DNA of 64,000 nucleotides from Escherichia phage 215Ecol030PP, in sequence record PP328843.1. One strand, written 5' to 3'. A model generated the notes under the pieces. That model saw only the letters and a program-made list of their open reading frames with translations, did no database searches and had not been told where the DNA came from. Made by a program: the position numbers and the translations under genes. Every line of letters starts with the position of its first letter. Positions within the stretch are counted from its first letter, which is position 1. Positions 10,331-20,681 of the stretch are shown here, piece by piece.

Positions 10331-10729
10331 TTATACTCTGTTACTGGAAGCCAGTTGTAGTTTTATCTGCTCAATATCATCAGGGTTATCGATGACCGAA
10401 AAGCGTATTTCTACTATCAGAGTATAATCATCATAAACTGGTATTACATTAACTGCTAATTTATCAATACGTGGCTCGTAGTTTCTTACTGCGCTTTCAA
10501 TATTGCGCTCAACTGTGTCAGCAGTAAGAGGAGTCATATTTTCAAAAAGCTGGTCTGATAAATCACATCCAAATTCAGGGTCAAACGGTCTTGAACCTTT
10601 TCTTGTTGTAATAATTCCCAAAAGACTGTTTTTAATTGACCTTAATCCAAGTGATCTGGAAACATCTTTGTTCCAATCCATTTTCATTTCCGGGTCAATA
10701 TCAGAATAAAGCTTATTAATATTTGCCAT
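10331..10729 (-). CDS. 25: Baseplate wedge protein gp25
   Basis: 132 aa; T4 gp25 length and position. Confidence 0.88.
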   Translation of the reverse strand: MANINKLYSDIDPEMKMDWNKDVSRSLGLRSIKNSLLGIITTRKGSRPFDPEFGCDLSDQLFENMTPLTADTVERNIESAVRNYEPRIDKLAVNVIPVYDDYTLIVEIRFSVIDNPDDIEQIKLQLASSNRV

Positions 10730-11355
10730 TATAGTAACTCAAAGAACTCTTTGAGGCCTCTTATTACGTGAGCATGGGTTTTTCCACACTCTGGACACTT
10801 AATTGGAACAGCCAAATAAACGGTAGGTTTTAAAAGCATATCTTTTATAGCTACAATATCTGACTCTGTGATGATAGAATATAAATCTTCTAGTTCCTTT
10901 TCATTTAAGTCTTCAACTGGAATGCTTTCCCCGTTAGCATGAATCGTTTCTATACATGATACTATCATGTGGGCTATATTTTTATCATCAAAAATTTTAG
11001 GGTATCGGAATTTAATTTTAATGTCACCCAGTGTATACCAGAGGTCTTCTGGTGCATCTATTTGTGTATGTAATAGATTTATATGGGTTGGTATTTCAGT
11101 TCCACAGGTGCACTTCCAGGAGTTTTCATGATTAACTTCTCCAAGAGAATGCGCCCATAAATGAATCAGCAGTAGTTCTGATTCTTGACGGTTTAAATCT
11201 TTTGCATTTGTGCATTCTTTGATTAGCTTTTTAACGATCTCTTCTACTGAACCGTTCTTTTTAGCAGTAATAAGCTCTAGATATTCTTTAAGAGTAAATG
11301 CGCGACAGTTGATTATTTTAGAACCAACTCTCACATCAAATTTGTATTCATACAT
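10729..11355 (-). CDS. 26: Baseplate hub protein gp26
   Basis: 208 aa from ATG 11355 (MYEYKF...) preceded by AAGGAG; the ORF track start at 11415 extends further upstream. Confidence 0.8.
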   Translation of the reverse strand: MYEYKFDVRVGSKIINCRAFTLKEYLELITAKKNGSVEEIVKKLIKECTNAKDLNRQESELLLIHLWAHSLGEVNHENSWKCTCGTEIPTHINLLHTQIDAPEDLWYTLGDIKIKFRYPKIFDDKNIAHMIVSCIETIHANGESIPVEDLNEKELEDLYSIITESDIVAIKDMLLKPTVYLAVPIKCPECGKTHAHVIRGLKEFFELL

Positions 11356-11375
11356 ATTTAGCTCCTTTATTATCA

Positions 11376-11387
11376 TATTTATAAATA
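11376..11387. promoter_or_regulatory. Palindromic late promoter element TATTTATAAATA reading TATAAATA on both strands (divergent 26/25 and 51/27 late transcription)
   Basis: TATAAATA on plus strand at 11380-11387 and on minus strand at 11376-11383. Confidence 0.55.
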
Positions 11388-11404
11388 GAATAAAAGGAGC
11401 ATCT

Positions 11405-12154
11405 ATGGCAAACATTATTCGTTGTAAATTACCAGATGGTGTTCATCGTTTTAAACCATTTACGGTAGAAGATTATCGAGATTTTTTGTTAGTTCGAAAC
11501 GATATAGAACATCGGTCACCACAAGAACAAAAAGAAATAATTGCTGATTTAATTGCCGATTATTTTGGAGACTATCCGAAGACTTGGCAACCATTTATAT
11601 TTTTGCAGGTATTTGTAGGGTCAATAGGTAAAACAAAAGTACCAGTCACATTCGTATGTCCAAAATGTAAAAAAGAAAAGACAGTTCCATTTGAAATATA
11701 TCAAAAAGAATTAAAGGAACCTGTTTTTGATGTAGCTAATGTTAAAATTAAATTAAAGTTTCCTTCTGAGTTTTATGAAAATAAAGCAAAGATGATTACT
11801 GAAAATATTCATTCTGTTCAAGTAGATGAAATTTGGTATGATTGGAAGGAAATTAGCGAATCAAGTCAAATAGAACTTGTTGATGCAATCGAGATAGAAA
11901 CATTAGAAAAAATTCTCGATGCAATGAATCCTATTAATTTAACTCTACATATGTCCTGCTGTGATAAGTATGTAAAAAAATACACTGATATAGTAGATGT
12001 GTTTAAGCTATTAGTTAACCCAGATGAAATATTTACTTTTTATCAAATTAATCACACACTCGTAAAAAGTAATTATAGCTTAAATTCAATAATGAAAATG
12101 ATTCCTGCCGAGCGCGGATTCGTATTAAAACTGATTGAGAAGGATAAACAATAA
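11405..12154 (+). CDS. 51: Baseplate hub assembly protein gp51
   Basis: 249 aa from ATG 11405 after AAAAGGAG; T4 gp51 length. Confidence 0.8.
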   Translation: MANIIRCKLPDGVHRFKPFTVEDYRDFLLVRNDIEHRSPQEQKEIIADLIADYFGDYPKTWQPFIFLQVFVGSIGKTKVPVTFVCPKCKKEKTVPFEIYQKELKEPVFDVANVKIKLKFPSEFYENKAKMITENIHSVQVDEIWYDWKEISESSQIELVDAIEIETLEKILDAMNPINLTLHMSCCDKYVKKYTDIVDVFKLLVNPDEIFTFYQINHTLVKSNYSLNSIMKMIPAERGFVLKLIEKDKQ

Positions 12155-13329
12155 TGAGTATGTTGCAACGCCCTGGATATCCAAATCTCAGCGTTAAATT
12201 ATTTGATAGCTACGACGCTTGGAGTAATAATAGATTTGTTGAATTAGCTGCTACTATTACCACATTAACTATGCGGGATTCTCTTTATGGCCGAAATGAA
12301 GGAATGCTGCAGTTTTATGATTCTAAAAATATTCATACAAAAATGGATGGAAATGAAATAATTCAGATTTCTGTAGCTAATGCAAACGATATTAATAATG
12401 TTAAAACACGAATTTATGGATGTAAGCATTTTTCCGTGTCAGTAGATTCAAAGGGTGATAACATCATTGCTATTGAATTGGGAACTATTCATTCTATAGA
12501 AAATCTTAAATTTGGCAGACCGTTTTTCCCTGATGCAGGTGAATCTATAAAGGAAATGCTTGGTGTCATTTATCAAGACCGCACGCTATTAACTCCAGCG
12601 ATAAATGCTATAAATGCTTATGTTCCTGATATTCCATGGACTAGCACATTTGAAAACTATTTGTCGTATGTTAGAGAAGTTGCTCTAGCTGTAGGAAGTG
12701 ACAAATTTGTATTTGTATGGCAAGACATCATGGGAGTTAACATGATGGATTATGATATGATGATAAATCAAGAACCATATCCAATGATTGTCGGTGAGCC
12801 ATCTTTAATAGGTCAATTCATCCAAGAACTAAAATACCCATTAGCGTATGATTTCGTTTGGTTGACTAAATCGAATCCTCACAAACGTGACCCAATGAAA
12901 AACGCTACTATCTATGCTCATTCATTTTTAGATTCTTCATTGCCAATGATTACTACAGGAAAAGGCGAAAACTCTATTGTAGTGTCAAGGTCAGGTGCTT
13001 ATTCTGAAATGACTTATAGGAATGGATATGAAGAAGCTATTCGTCTTCAAACTATGGCGCAATATGATGGCTATGCTAAATGTTCTACTGTCGGTAATTT
13101 TAACTTGACCCCTGGCGTTAAAATTATTTTTAATGATAGTAAAAACCAATTTAAAACAGAATTTTACGTTGATGAAGTTATTCATGAATTATCAAATAAT
13201 AATTCAGTAACTCATCTATATATGTTCACTAATGCAACGAAACTGGAAACAATAGACCCAGTTAAGGTTAAAAATGAATTTAAATCTGATACTACCACTG
13301 AAGAAAGCAGTTCTTCCAATAAGCAATAA
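12154..13329 (+). CDS. 27: Baseplate hub protein gp27
   Basis: 391 aa; T4 gp27 length and position. Confidence 0.9.
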   Translation: MSMLQRPGYPNLSVKLFDSYDAWSNNRFVELAATITTLTMRDSLYGRNEGMLQFYDSKNIHTKMDGNEIIQISVANANDINNVKTRIYGCKHFSVSVDSKGDNIIAIELGTIHSIENLKFGRPFFPDAGESIKEMLGVIYQDRTLLTPAINAINAYVPDIPWTSTFENYLSYVREVALAVGSDKFVFVWQDIMGVNMMDYDMMINQEPYPMIVGEPSLIGQFIQELKYPLAYDFVWLTKSNPHKRDPMKNATIYAHSFLDSSLPMITTGKGENSIVVSRSGAYSEMTYRNGYEEAIRLQTMAQYDGYAKCSTVGNFNLTPGVKIIFNDSKNQFKTEFYVDEVIHELSNNNSVTHLYMFTNATKLETIDPVKVKNEFKSDTTTEESSSSNKQ

Positions 13330-13807
13330 AGAAGTTTCTATTCCTAAAATGGGTCTTAAACATTATAACATTTTAAAGGATGTTAAAGGTCCTGATGAAA
13401 ATTTAAAACTTCTTATTGATTCTATTTGTCCGAATTTATCACCGGCAGAAGTTGATTTCGTTTCTATTCATTTATTGGAATTTAATGGAAAGATTAAATC
13501 TCGTAAAGAAATAGATGGCTATACTTATGACATTAATGATGTTTATGTATGCCAAAGATTGGAATTTCAATACCAAGGAAATACATTTTATTTTAGACCG
13601 CCTGGAAAATTTGAACAATTTTTAACGGTGAGCGATATGTTATCTAAATGCTTGCTTAAGGTCAATGATGAAGTTAAAGAAATTAATTTTCTTGAGATGC
13701 CAGCATTCGTTTTAAAATGGGCAAATGATATTTTTACAACTTTAGCAATTCCTGGCCCTAATGGTCCAATAACCGGAATTGGCAATATTATTGGATTATT
13801 TGAATGA
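13274..13807 (+). CDS. 28: Baseplate hub distal subunit gp28
   Basis: 177 aa; T4 gp28 length and position. Confidence 0.85.
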   Translation: MNLNLILPLKKAVLPISNKEVSIPKMGLKHYNILKDVKGPDENLKLLIDSICPNLSPAEVDFVSIHLLEFNGKIKSRKEIDGYTYDINDVYVCQRLEFQYQGNTFYFRPPGKFEQFLTVSDMLSKCLLKVNDEVKEINFLEMPAFVLKWANDIFTTLAIPGPNGPITGIGNIIGLFE

Positions 13808-15576
13808 AAAAGCCACAAGAAATGCAAACGATGCGTAGAAAAGTTATTTCAGATAATAAACCAACACAGGAAGCGGCTAAATCCGCTTCTAACACTTTAT
13901 CTGGACTTAACGATATATCTACGAAATTGGATGATGCTCAAGCTGCTTCTGAATTAATTGCTCAAACGGTCGAAGAAAAATCAAATGAAATAATTGGAGC
14001 AATTGATAATGTAGAAAGCGCAGTGAGTGATACTACTGCCGGTTCTGAATTAATTGCTGAAACTGTCGAAATTGGCAACAATATTAATAAAGAAATCGGT
14101 GAATCACTCGGAAGTAAATTAGATAAATTAACGAGTTTACTCGAGCAAAAAATCCAGACAGCCGGAATTCAACAAACAGGAACTAGTTTAGCTACGGTTG
14201 AAAGCGCTATTCCTGTTAAAGTTGTTGAGGACGATACAGCTGAATCTGTTGGTCCTTTATTACCGGCTCCTGAAGCAGTTAATAATGATCCTGATGCTGA
14301 TTTTTTCCCTACCCCTCAGCCAGTTGAACCTAAACAAGAATCGCCAGAAGAAAAACAGAAAAAAGACGCATTTAACTTAAAATTATCTCAAGCTTTAGAT
14401 AAATTAACGAAGACTGTTGATTTTGGATTTAAGAAATCCATTTCAATTACTGATAAAATATCGAGCATGTTATTTAAGTATACTGTCAGTGCTGCTATTG
14501 AAGCCGCTAAAATGACTGCAATGATATTGGCTGTTGTTGTCGGAATAGATCTGTTGATGGTTCATTTCAAATATTGGTCAGATAAATTTTCGCAGGCTTG
14601 GGATTTGTTTAGTACAGACTTTACTAAATTCTCTAGCGAAACCGGAACATGGGGTCCTTTATTACAAAGCATCTTTGGTTCTATTGATAAAATTAAGAAG
14701 CTGTGGGAAGCTGGAGATTGGGGCGGATTGACAGCAGCTATTGTAGAAGGACTTGGAAAGGTTCTTTTTAATTTAGGAGAGCTTATTCAGCTTGGAATGG
14801 CTAAATTATCTGCTGCAATTCTTCGAGTCATTCCTGGCATGAAGGATACCGCTGATGAAGTAGAAGGAAGAGCACTAGAAAATTTCCAAAATACTACAAA
14901 TGCTTCTCTTAACAAAGAAGACCAAGAAAAAGTTGCAAACTATCAATATAAAAGAATGAATGGAGAACTTGGTCCGATAGCAAAAGGACTAGACAAAATT
15001 GCGAACTGGAAAACTCGTGCATCTAACTGGATTCGTGGTGTTGATAATAAAGAAGCACTAACGACTGATGAAGAGAGAGCAGATGAAGAAGAAAAATTAA
15101 AGCAACTTTCTCCGGAGGAAGCTAAAATTGCTTTAATGAAAGCTAATGAAGCTCGTGCTGCTATGAATCGTTTTGATGAATATGCTAATTCAGCTGATAT
15201 GAGTAAAGATTCAACAGTTAAATCAGTTGAAGCTGCCTATGAAGACCTTAAAAAACGGATGGATGACCCGGATTTAAATAATTCACCGGCAGTTAAAAAA
15301 GAACTTGCTGCTAGATTTTCTAAAATTGATGCTACTTATCAAGAGCTCAAGAAAAATCAGCCTAATGCCAAACCTGAAACTTCTGCTAAATCACCAGAAG
15401 CGAAACAAGTCCAGGTGATTGAAAAGAACAAAGCACAGCAAGCTCCTGTTCAACAAGCATCTCCTTCAATCAATAATACTAATAATGTTATTAAGAAAAA
15501 TACTGTCGTTCATAATATGACACCCGTAACGAGCACGACTGCTCCTGGTGTATTTGATGCGACTGGAGTTAATTAA
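13804..15576 (+). CDS. 29: Baseplate hub and tail length determinator gp29
   Basis: 590 aa; T4 gp29 length and position. Confidence 0.9.
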   Translation: MKKPQEMQTMRRKVISDNKPTQEAAKSASNTLSGLNDISTKLDDAQAASELIAQTVEEKSNEIIGAIDNVESAVSDTTAGSELIAETVEIGNNINKEIGESLGSKLDKLTSLLEQKIQTAGIQQTGTSLATVESAIPVKVVEDDTAESVGPLLPAPEAVNNDPDADFFPTPQPVEPKQESPEEKQKKDAFNLKLSQALDKLTKTVDFGFKKSISITDKISSMLFKYTVSAAIEAAKMTAMILAVVVGIDLLMVHFKYWSDKFSQAWDLFSTDFTKFSSETGTWGPLLQSIFGSIDKIKKLWEAGDWGGLTAAIVEGLGKVLFNLGELIQLGMAKLSAAILRVIPGMKDTADEVEGRALENFQNTTNASLNKEDQEKVANYQYKRMNGELGPIAKGLDKIANWKTRASNWIRGVDNKEALTTDEERADEEEKLKQLSPEEAKIALMKANEARAAMNRFDEYANSADMSKDSTVKSVEAAYEDLKKRMDDPDLNNSPAVKKELAARFSKIDATYQELKKNQPNAKPETSAKSPEAKQVQVIEKNKAQQAPVQQASPSINNTNNVIKKNTVVHNMTPVTSTTAPGVFDATGVN

Positions 15577-15584
15577 GGAATAAT

Positions 15585-16679
15585 ATGGCAATTGTTAAAG
15601 AAATAACTGCTGATTTAATTAAAAAGTCCGGTGAGAAAATTTCAGCCGGACAGAGTACTAAATCAGAAGTAGGAACTAAAACATACACAGCCCAGTTTCC
15701 AACTGGGCGTGCTAGTGGTAATGACACTACAGGGGACTTCCAGGTAACAGATCTATATAAGAATGGATTATTATTTACTGCATACAATATGTCATCTAGG
15801 GATTCTGGAAGTCTTAGATCGATGAGATCTAACTACTCTTCTTCATCTTCGAGTATTTTACGTACAGCTAGAAACACTATTAGTAGTACAGTATCAAAAC
15901 TATCAAATGGATTAATATCAAATAATAATTCAGGAACAATAAGTAAATCTCCTATCGCAAACATTCTTTTACCGAGATCTAAATCTGATGTTGATACATC
16001 ATCACATAGATTTAATGATGTTCAAGAAAGCCTTATCAGTAGAGGCGGAGGTACTGCTACTGGAGTGCTAAGTAATATTGCTTCAACCGCAGTATTTGGG
16101 GCACTGGAAAGTATAACACAAGGTATAATGGCTGATAATAATGAACAGATTTATACGACAGCCAGAAGTATGTATGGTGGTGCTGAAAATAGAACTAAAG
16201 TGTTTACATGGGATTTGACTCCACGTTCAACAGAAGATTTAATGGCTATTATTAATATCTATCAATATTTTAACTATTTTTCTTATGGTGAAACGGGTAA
16301 ATCTCAATATGCTGCTGAAATAAAGGGGTATTTAGATGATTGGTATCGTTCTACGTTAATTGAACCTTTATCTCCGGAAGACGCAGCTAAAAATAAAACA
16401 CTATTTGAGAAAATGACATCGAGTTTAACTAACGTTCTTGTAGTTTCAAACCCGACAATTTGGATGGTGAAAAACTTTGGTGCAACATCTAAGTTTGATG
16501 GAAAAACGGAAATATTCGGTCCATGTCAAATCCAGAGTATCAGATTTGATAAAACACCTAATGGTAACTTTAACGGATTAGCTATTGCTCCAAATCTCCC
16601 TAGTACATTTACTCTCGAGATTACTATGAGAGAAATTATCACGTTAAACCGTGCTTCTTTATATGCGGGGACTTTTTAA
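15585..16679 (+). CDS. 48: Baseplate tail tube cap gp48
   Basis: 364 aa; T4 gp48 length and position. Confidence 0.9.
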   Translation: MAIVKEITADLIKKSGEKISAGQSTKSEVGTKTYTAQFPTGRASGNDTTGDFQVTDLYKNGLLFTAYNMSSRDSGSLRSMRSNYSSSSSSILRTARNTISSTVSKLSNGLISNNNSGTISKSPIANILLPRSKSDVDTSSHRFNDVQESLISRGGGTATGVLSNIASTAVFGALESITQGIMADNNEQIYTTARSMYGGAENRTKVFTWDLTPRSTEDLMAIINIYQYFNYFSYGETGKSQYAAEIKGYLDDWYRSTLIEPLSPEDAAKNKTLFEKMTSSLTNVLVVSNPTIWMVKNFGATSKFDGKTEIFGPCQIQSIRFDKTPNGNFNGLAIAPNLPSTFTLEITMREIITLNRASLYAGTF

Positions 16680-17644
16680 TGTATTCTTTAGAGGAATTTA
16701 ATAATCAAGCAATAAACGCAGATTTCCAACGTAATAATATGTTTAGCTGCGTTTTTGCAACAACTCCATCAACTAAAAGCTCTTCGTTGATAAGTTCAAT
16801 TAGCAACTTTTCTTATAATAACTTGGGCCTAAATTCAGATTGGTTAGGATTAACTCAAGGCGATATTAATCAGGGAATTACCACGCTAATTACTGCTGGC
16901 ACACAAAAACTGATAAGAAAATCAGGGGTTAGTAAATATCTTATTGGTGCCATGAGTCAACGTACAGTTCAAAGTTTATTAGGCTCATTTACAGTTGGTA
17001 CATATTTAATTGACTTCTTTAACATGGCATATAACTCATCTGGATTGATGATATACTCCGTAAAAATGCCAGAGAATAGATTATCCTATGAAACTGACTG
17101 GAACTATAATTCTCCTAATATTCGTATAACCGGAAGAGAATTAGACCCTTTGGTTATTTCATTTAGAATGGATTCAGAGTCGTGTAATTATCGTGCAATG
17201 CAAGACTGGGTTAACGCTGTTCAAGACCCAGTAACTGGATTGCGTGCTTTGCCGCAAGATGTCGAGGCAGATATTCAGGTTAATCTTCATTCTCGCAATG
17301 GATTACCACATACTGCGGTGATGTTCACTGGATGCATTCCAGTGTCCGTAAGCGCTCCTGAGTTATCATATGATGGAGATAACCAAATAACTACATTTGA
17401 TGTTACTTTTGCGTATAGAGTGATGCAGGCTGGAGCAGTTGATAGACAAGCTGCCCTTGAATGGCTTGAATCTGCTACTATAAATGGTATTCAAAGCGTT
17501 CTCGGAAATAGTGGAGGTGTTACTGGACTATCTAATTCGCTTTCACGACTTAGTAGATTAGGGGGAACTGCAGGAAGCATTTCAAATATTAATACTATGA
17601 CAGGAATTGTCAATTCGCAAAGTAAAATATTAGGAGCAATATAA
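16679..17644 (+). CDS. 54: Baseplate tail tube initiator gp54
   Basis: 321 aa; T4 gp54 length and position. Confidence 0.88.
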   Translation: MYSLEEFNNQAINADFQRNNMFSCVFATTPSTKSSSLISSISNFSYNNLGLNSDWLGLTQGDINQGITTLITAGTQKLIRKSGVSKYLIGAMSQRTVQSLLGSFTVGTYLIDFFNMAYNSSGLMIYSVKMPENRLSYETDWNYNSPNIRITGRELDPLVISFRMDSESCNYRAMQDWVNAVQDPVTGLRALPQDVEADIQVNLHSRNGLPHTAVMFTGCIPVSVSAPELSYDGDNQITTFDVTFAYRVMQAGAVDRQAALEWLESATINGIQSVLGNSGGVTGLSNSLSRLSRLGGTAGSISNINTMTGIVNSQSKILGAI

Positions 17645-17648
17645 CAAT

Positions 17649-17666
17649 GGGGACCGAAAGGTCCCC
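17649..17666. terminator. Hairpin GGGGACC-GAAA-GGTCCCC between convergent genes
   Basis: Perfect 7-bp stem with GAAA loop followed by TATTTTTATTT. Confidence 0.55.
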
Positions 17667-17672
17667 ATATTT

Positions 17673-17963
17673 TTATTTACGGAATGAAATGAAAGCAGCA
17701 ACTGAAGCAACTAAACTGTCTTCAATATAAACTTCAATTTTTACCGGAGCTTCTGACTCAAATTTACCTGTTACTACACCCTGAAAAATACTTTCAGTCT
17801 GTTCTGGCTTTGAAAAATTTTCAGAAGGAAAAATTCCAAACTTTTTATCTGTTCCGAAAATTTTGATAAATTCATCATAAACCGCTTCGTTAAAAGCATT
17901 ATCAGCAGGAATAACGCCTTCAACTACAAGTTCTTGACCTAAAAAGCGTAAAGAAGATTTCAT
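17673..17963 (-). CDS. Hypothetical protein (alt-upstream region)
   Basis: 96-aa ORF with GAGGA SD, driven by the early promoter at 17995-18024. Confidence 0.6.
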   Translation of the reverse strand: MKSSLRFLGQELVVEGVIPADNAFNEAVYDEFIKIFGTDKKFGIFPSENFSKPEQTESIFQGVVTGKFESEAPVKIEVYIEDSLVASVAAFISFRK

Positions 17964-17994
17964 TTTGTGTTCCTCATGTTATGTCAGTAAGACT

Positions 17995-18024
17995 ACTATA
18001 ACACAACACGAGGGACTTGTAAAC
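17995..18024 (-). promoter_or_regulatory. T4-type early promoter (GTTTAC, 18-nt spacer, TATAGT)
   Basis: Minus-strand -35 GTTTAC and -10 TATAGT; part of a 53-bp repeat shared with the alc promoter. Confidence 0.55.
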
Positions 18025-18385
18025 TACATTTTGAACTTTTTAGTACGCGTAATAGGCATGCGTCGATTTTATACTGTTTCATTGTTTGAAGAGCAGTATC
18101 AAAAACAGCATTAATGACGCCAATTGGATTTCCACCCAAGTTTCTAAGCTTAACCAGTGATAATTTCTCGTTGACACCTATCATTACGATATGCATCATT
18201 TTATCGCCTGGCTTAACGTTTTTATTTGTATCACCGCCAGAGGTGTATGTACAAAATCTAAATCCAGGAAGCACGCTTTCTTCGTCGGCTTGAATAGCAA
18301 AAATTTGAGGTATTTTATGCTTAGGATTTAAGTTAACAACCGGCGCCGAAGCGCCGTCAAATAATTATGTAATAAGTTCCATGAT
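17996..18385 (-). pseudogene. Duplicated alt N-terminal segment interrupted by an in-frame TAA at codon 6
   Basis: Manual translation reads MELIT-stop-LFDGASAPVVNLNPKHKIPQIF...GFRFCTYTSGGDTNKNVKPGDKMMHIV..., colinear with Alt residues 2 to about 130; the ORF track reports only the GTG-initiated 92-aa distal part (17996-18274). Confidence 0.6.
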
Positions 18386-20443
18386 TTATCCTTGAACGAA
18401 CTTGTAAGGCATGTTTGCAATATCTATGCAAGACGCAATAATTCCAAGAGATGATTCTACTTTCTGTTTAACATTTGATGAAACAAATGATGCAAAGTCA
18501 ACTCTGTCTTCTATTTCAATATCACCTGTCATTGCAACTACTTCACCGGTTTCCATTAAACGGTCTCCGTCATAAATTACCGATTCGGTGAGTTCTTCTG
18601 TGGTCATAACTTCAGCTTGAATAAGCTTGTTGTTAGTTCTAACTGTTCCATCGTTGTAAGATGCATCGGTTATTTTATTAACTTTGACCATTAATCCACG
18701 TGGCAAAATGACTTCCATTTCATTTGAAGGCGCTAAACTTCCACCAGGTAAAACAACATTGACCTTATCAGCCCCAGTAATAACCCATCCAATTCCAACT
18801 AAATTATCGCTAGAATTTACTAGTCCTTCATCAGTTTTATCAATAGAAACACTTAGACGTTTTTCGTCTGGTAAAACACCTATAGATGAATCAGTCATCC
18901 AAGTACCAAAAATATTTGGATATAATGATGTTGACACAAAGTTTCTAAAATAAAAAACTCGATTTTTTACCATTGCTTCATATATTGAAGGTAACATTCG
19001 TTGTGAACGATACAAAGTAATACCTTTTGGTAATCGTTCACCATTTTTAAAGGCTGAATCTAAATTATCAATGGCTTGTTCTATTTCAGGTGCTGTTAAA
19101 ATACTTGTACGCTCATCTGGATTATATAATCCCAAAAGAGCATTATTTATGTCTACATATCCTGAACCTACATATTCACGAATTCCGCGTTTTTGCGCTG
19201 GCGTGTATTTAGATGAATCTTTATTTTCGACTATAGGATGTAATGACCATCCAGCGGTAAGAGCATATCCACGTAATTCTCTTCGAATAATCTTTGTTTT
19301 TATTGCATTCCAAGAATTTTGTACTAACTCATTTGCAGCATCTTGGTTTAAATGCGAATGTCTGTTAATATTTCTTTCAAACCAGGCACCTTTATATTTT
19401 TCTAAAGTATCATCGACGATAGAAGCAATAGTTTCTAAAGTTTTTATTGAAGTAATAGATTCTTTTCGTAATTTTTCTAAAGCTTTATTTTTTATTTCTG
19501 CATTAATAATGGATTCTTTATCTTCAGGAATTATAGAAGCTTCTCTGAATGCCATCCCAGCTGTAACACTGCTAAGAGCATTCTCTAGTGCAAATCCTGA
19601 AGTAGAAATTACCGTTAATTCATTAGAATCAGAAATTAAAGGCGCGTCCGCTGGTTTATTTAATTCTGCCGCTGAAGCCTCAAATTTTTGAAACATCGGT
19701 GTTTCAAATCTAGAAGATTCCAATGATTGACTTTGTGCAATTGCTCTACGGGAAATTTTAACTTTAACGATTACAGCTTGGTCAGAACGTTTATCATTTT
19801 CTTGTGCAATAGATGCTGCAATTGCCTCATTTTTAGTTACTTGAGCTCCAGTATCTTTATTGATATAAACATCACCGACCTTCGATTCAACCTTAGTAAA
19901 GAGCTCGGTACTAATTTCCGGAACTCCTGGAATGTCTTCTAGTGATACATTTTTGCGATGTATAAGAATATATGCATACTTTTTATCATAATCCCAGAGT
20001 TCCTTAAGAAGGACGTATCTGCCACCTGAACGACTACGGATAAGTCTATCAGCAATAACTTGAATTTGTCGAGCTTGACCAGCAGTTTTAGACTTAAGAA
20101 TACGAAGCATACAGGCATCAATTTTATACTGACGCATCGTCTGCATTGCAACAGTAAAAACTGAATTGATATAATTAATTGGGCTTGGACCAAGACCTTT
20201 CAATTTAGCAATTGAACCTTTAGCGGTTAATGTAAAAGGAACAATATGCATCATTTTATCGCCCATCTTTAAATCACGATTAGTGTCACCTCCAGATGTA
20301 TAGGTACATAAACGAAAGCCTGGTTGTTCAATTGCATCATCAACATGAACTGAAAAAATTTGCGGTATTTTCTTCTTTGGATTTAAGTTTGTAATCGGAA
20401 GAGTAGTATCTTCGTCAAATAATTCTGTAATTAGTTCCATCAT
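18386..20443 (-). CDS. alt: Alt, head-packaged ADP-ribosyltransferase
   Basis: 685 aa; T4 Alt length and position between 54 and 30. Confidence 0.88.
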   Translation of the reverse strand: MMELITELFDEDTTLPITNLNPKKKIPQIFSVHVDDAIEQPGFRLCTYTSGGDTNRDLKMGDKMMHIVPFTLTAKGSIAKLKGLGPSPINYINSVFTVAMQTMRQYKIDACMLRILKSKTAGQARQIQVIADRLIRSRSGGRYVLLKELWDYDKKYAYILIHRKNVSLEDIPGVPEISTELFTKVESKVGDVYINKDTGAQVTKNEAIAASIAQENDKRSDQAVIVKVKISRRAIAQSQSLESSRFETPMFQKFEASAAELNKPADAPLISDSNELTVISTSGFALENALSSVTAGMAFREASIIPEDKESIINAEIKNKALEKLRKESITSIKTLETIASIVDDTLEKYKGAWFERNINRHSHLNQDAANELVQNSWNAIKTKIIRRELRGYALTAGWSLHPIVENKDSSKYTPAQKRGIREYVGSGYVDINNALLGLYNPDERTSILTAPEIEQAIDNLDSAFKNGERLPKGITLYRSQRMLPSIYEAMVKNRVFYFRNFVSTSLYPNIFGTWMTDSSIGVLPDEKRLSVSIDKTDEGLVNSSDNLVGIGWVITGADKVNVVLPGGSLAPSNEMEVILPRGLMVKVNKITDASYNDGTVRTNNKLIQAEVMTTEELTESVIYDGDRLMETGEVVAMTGDIEIEDRVDFASFVSSNVKQKVESSLGIIASCIDIANMPYKFVQG

Positions 20444-20463
20444 ATCCTCTCTATTGTTTATTC

Positions 20464-20471
20464 TATTTATA
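20464..20471 (-). promoter_or_regulatory. T4-type late promoter (TATAAATA) upstream of alt
   Basis: Minus-strand TATAAATA about 20 nt upstream of the alt start. Confidence 0.5.
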
Positions 20472-20492
20472 AAATTAAAGGCCCGAAGGCCT

Positions 20493-20681
20493 TTAATAAT
20501 CTAGTGGTAAGAGAGTACGGTATATTTCAAACTTTGGACCTTTTTCATAGGCATCAAATGTTTCTGTGAATTTATTATAAGCATATGCATCTACAAATTC
20601 GAGAATGACTTGTGATACAGAAGTAGAAACATCTCCACCTTCTTTTTGAGCAATGACAATTGTTTCTAAGTAAGCTTTCAT
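20493..20681 (-). CDS. Hypothetical 62-aa protein between gene 30 and alt
   Basis: ORF overlapping the gene 30 stop (ATGA) and ending in a terminator-like hairpin. Confidence 0.5.
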   Translation of the reverse strand: MKAYLETIVIAQKEGGDVSTSVSQVILEFVDAYAYNKFTETFDAYEKGPKFEIYRTLLPLDY

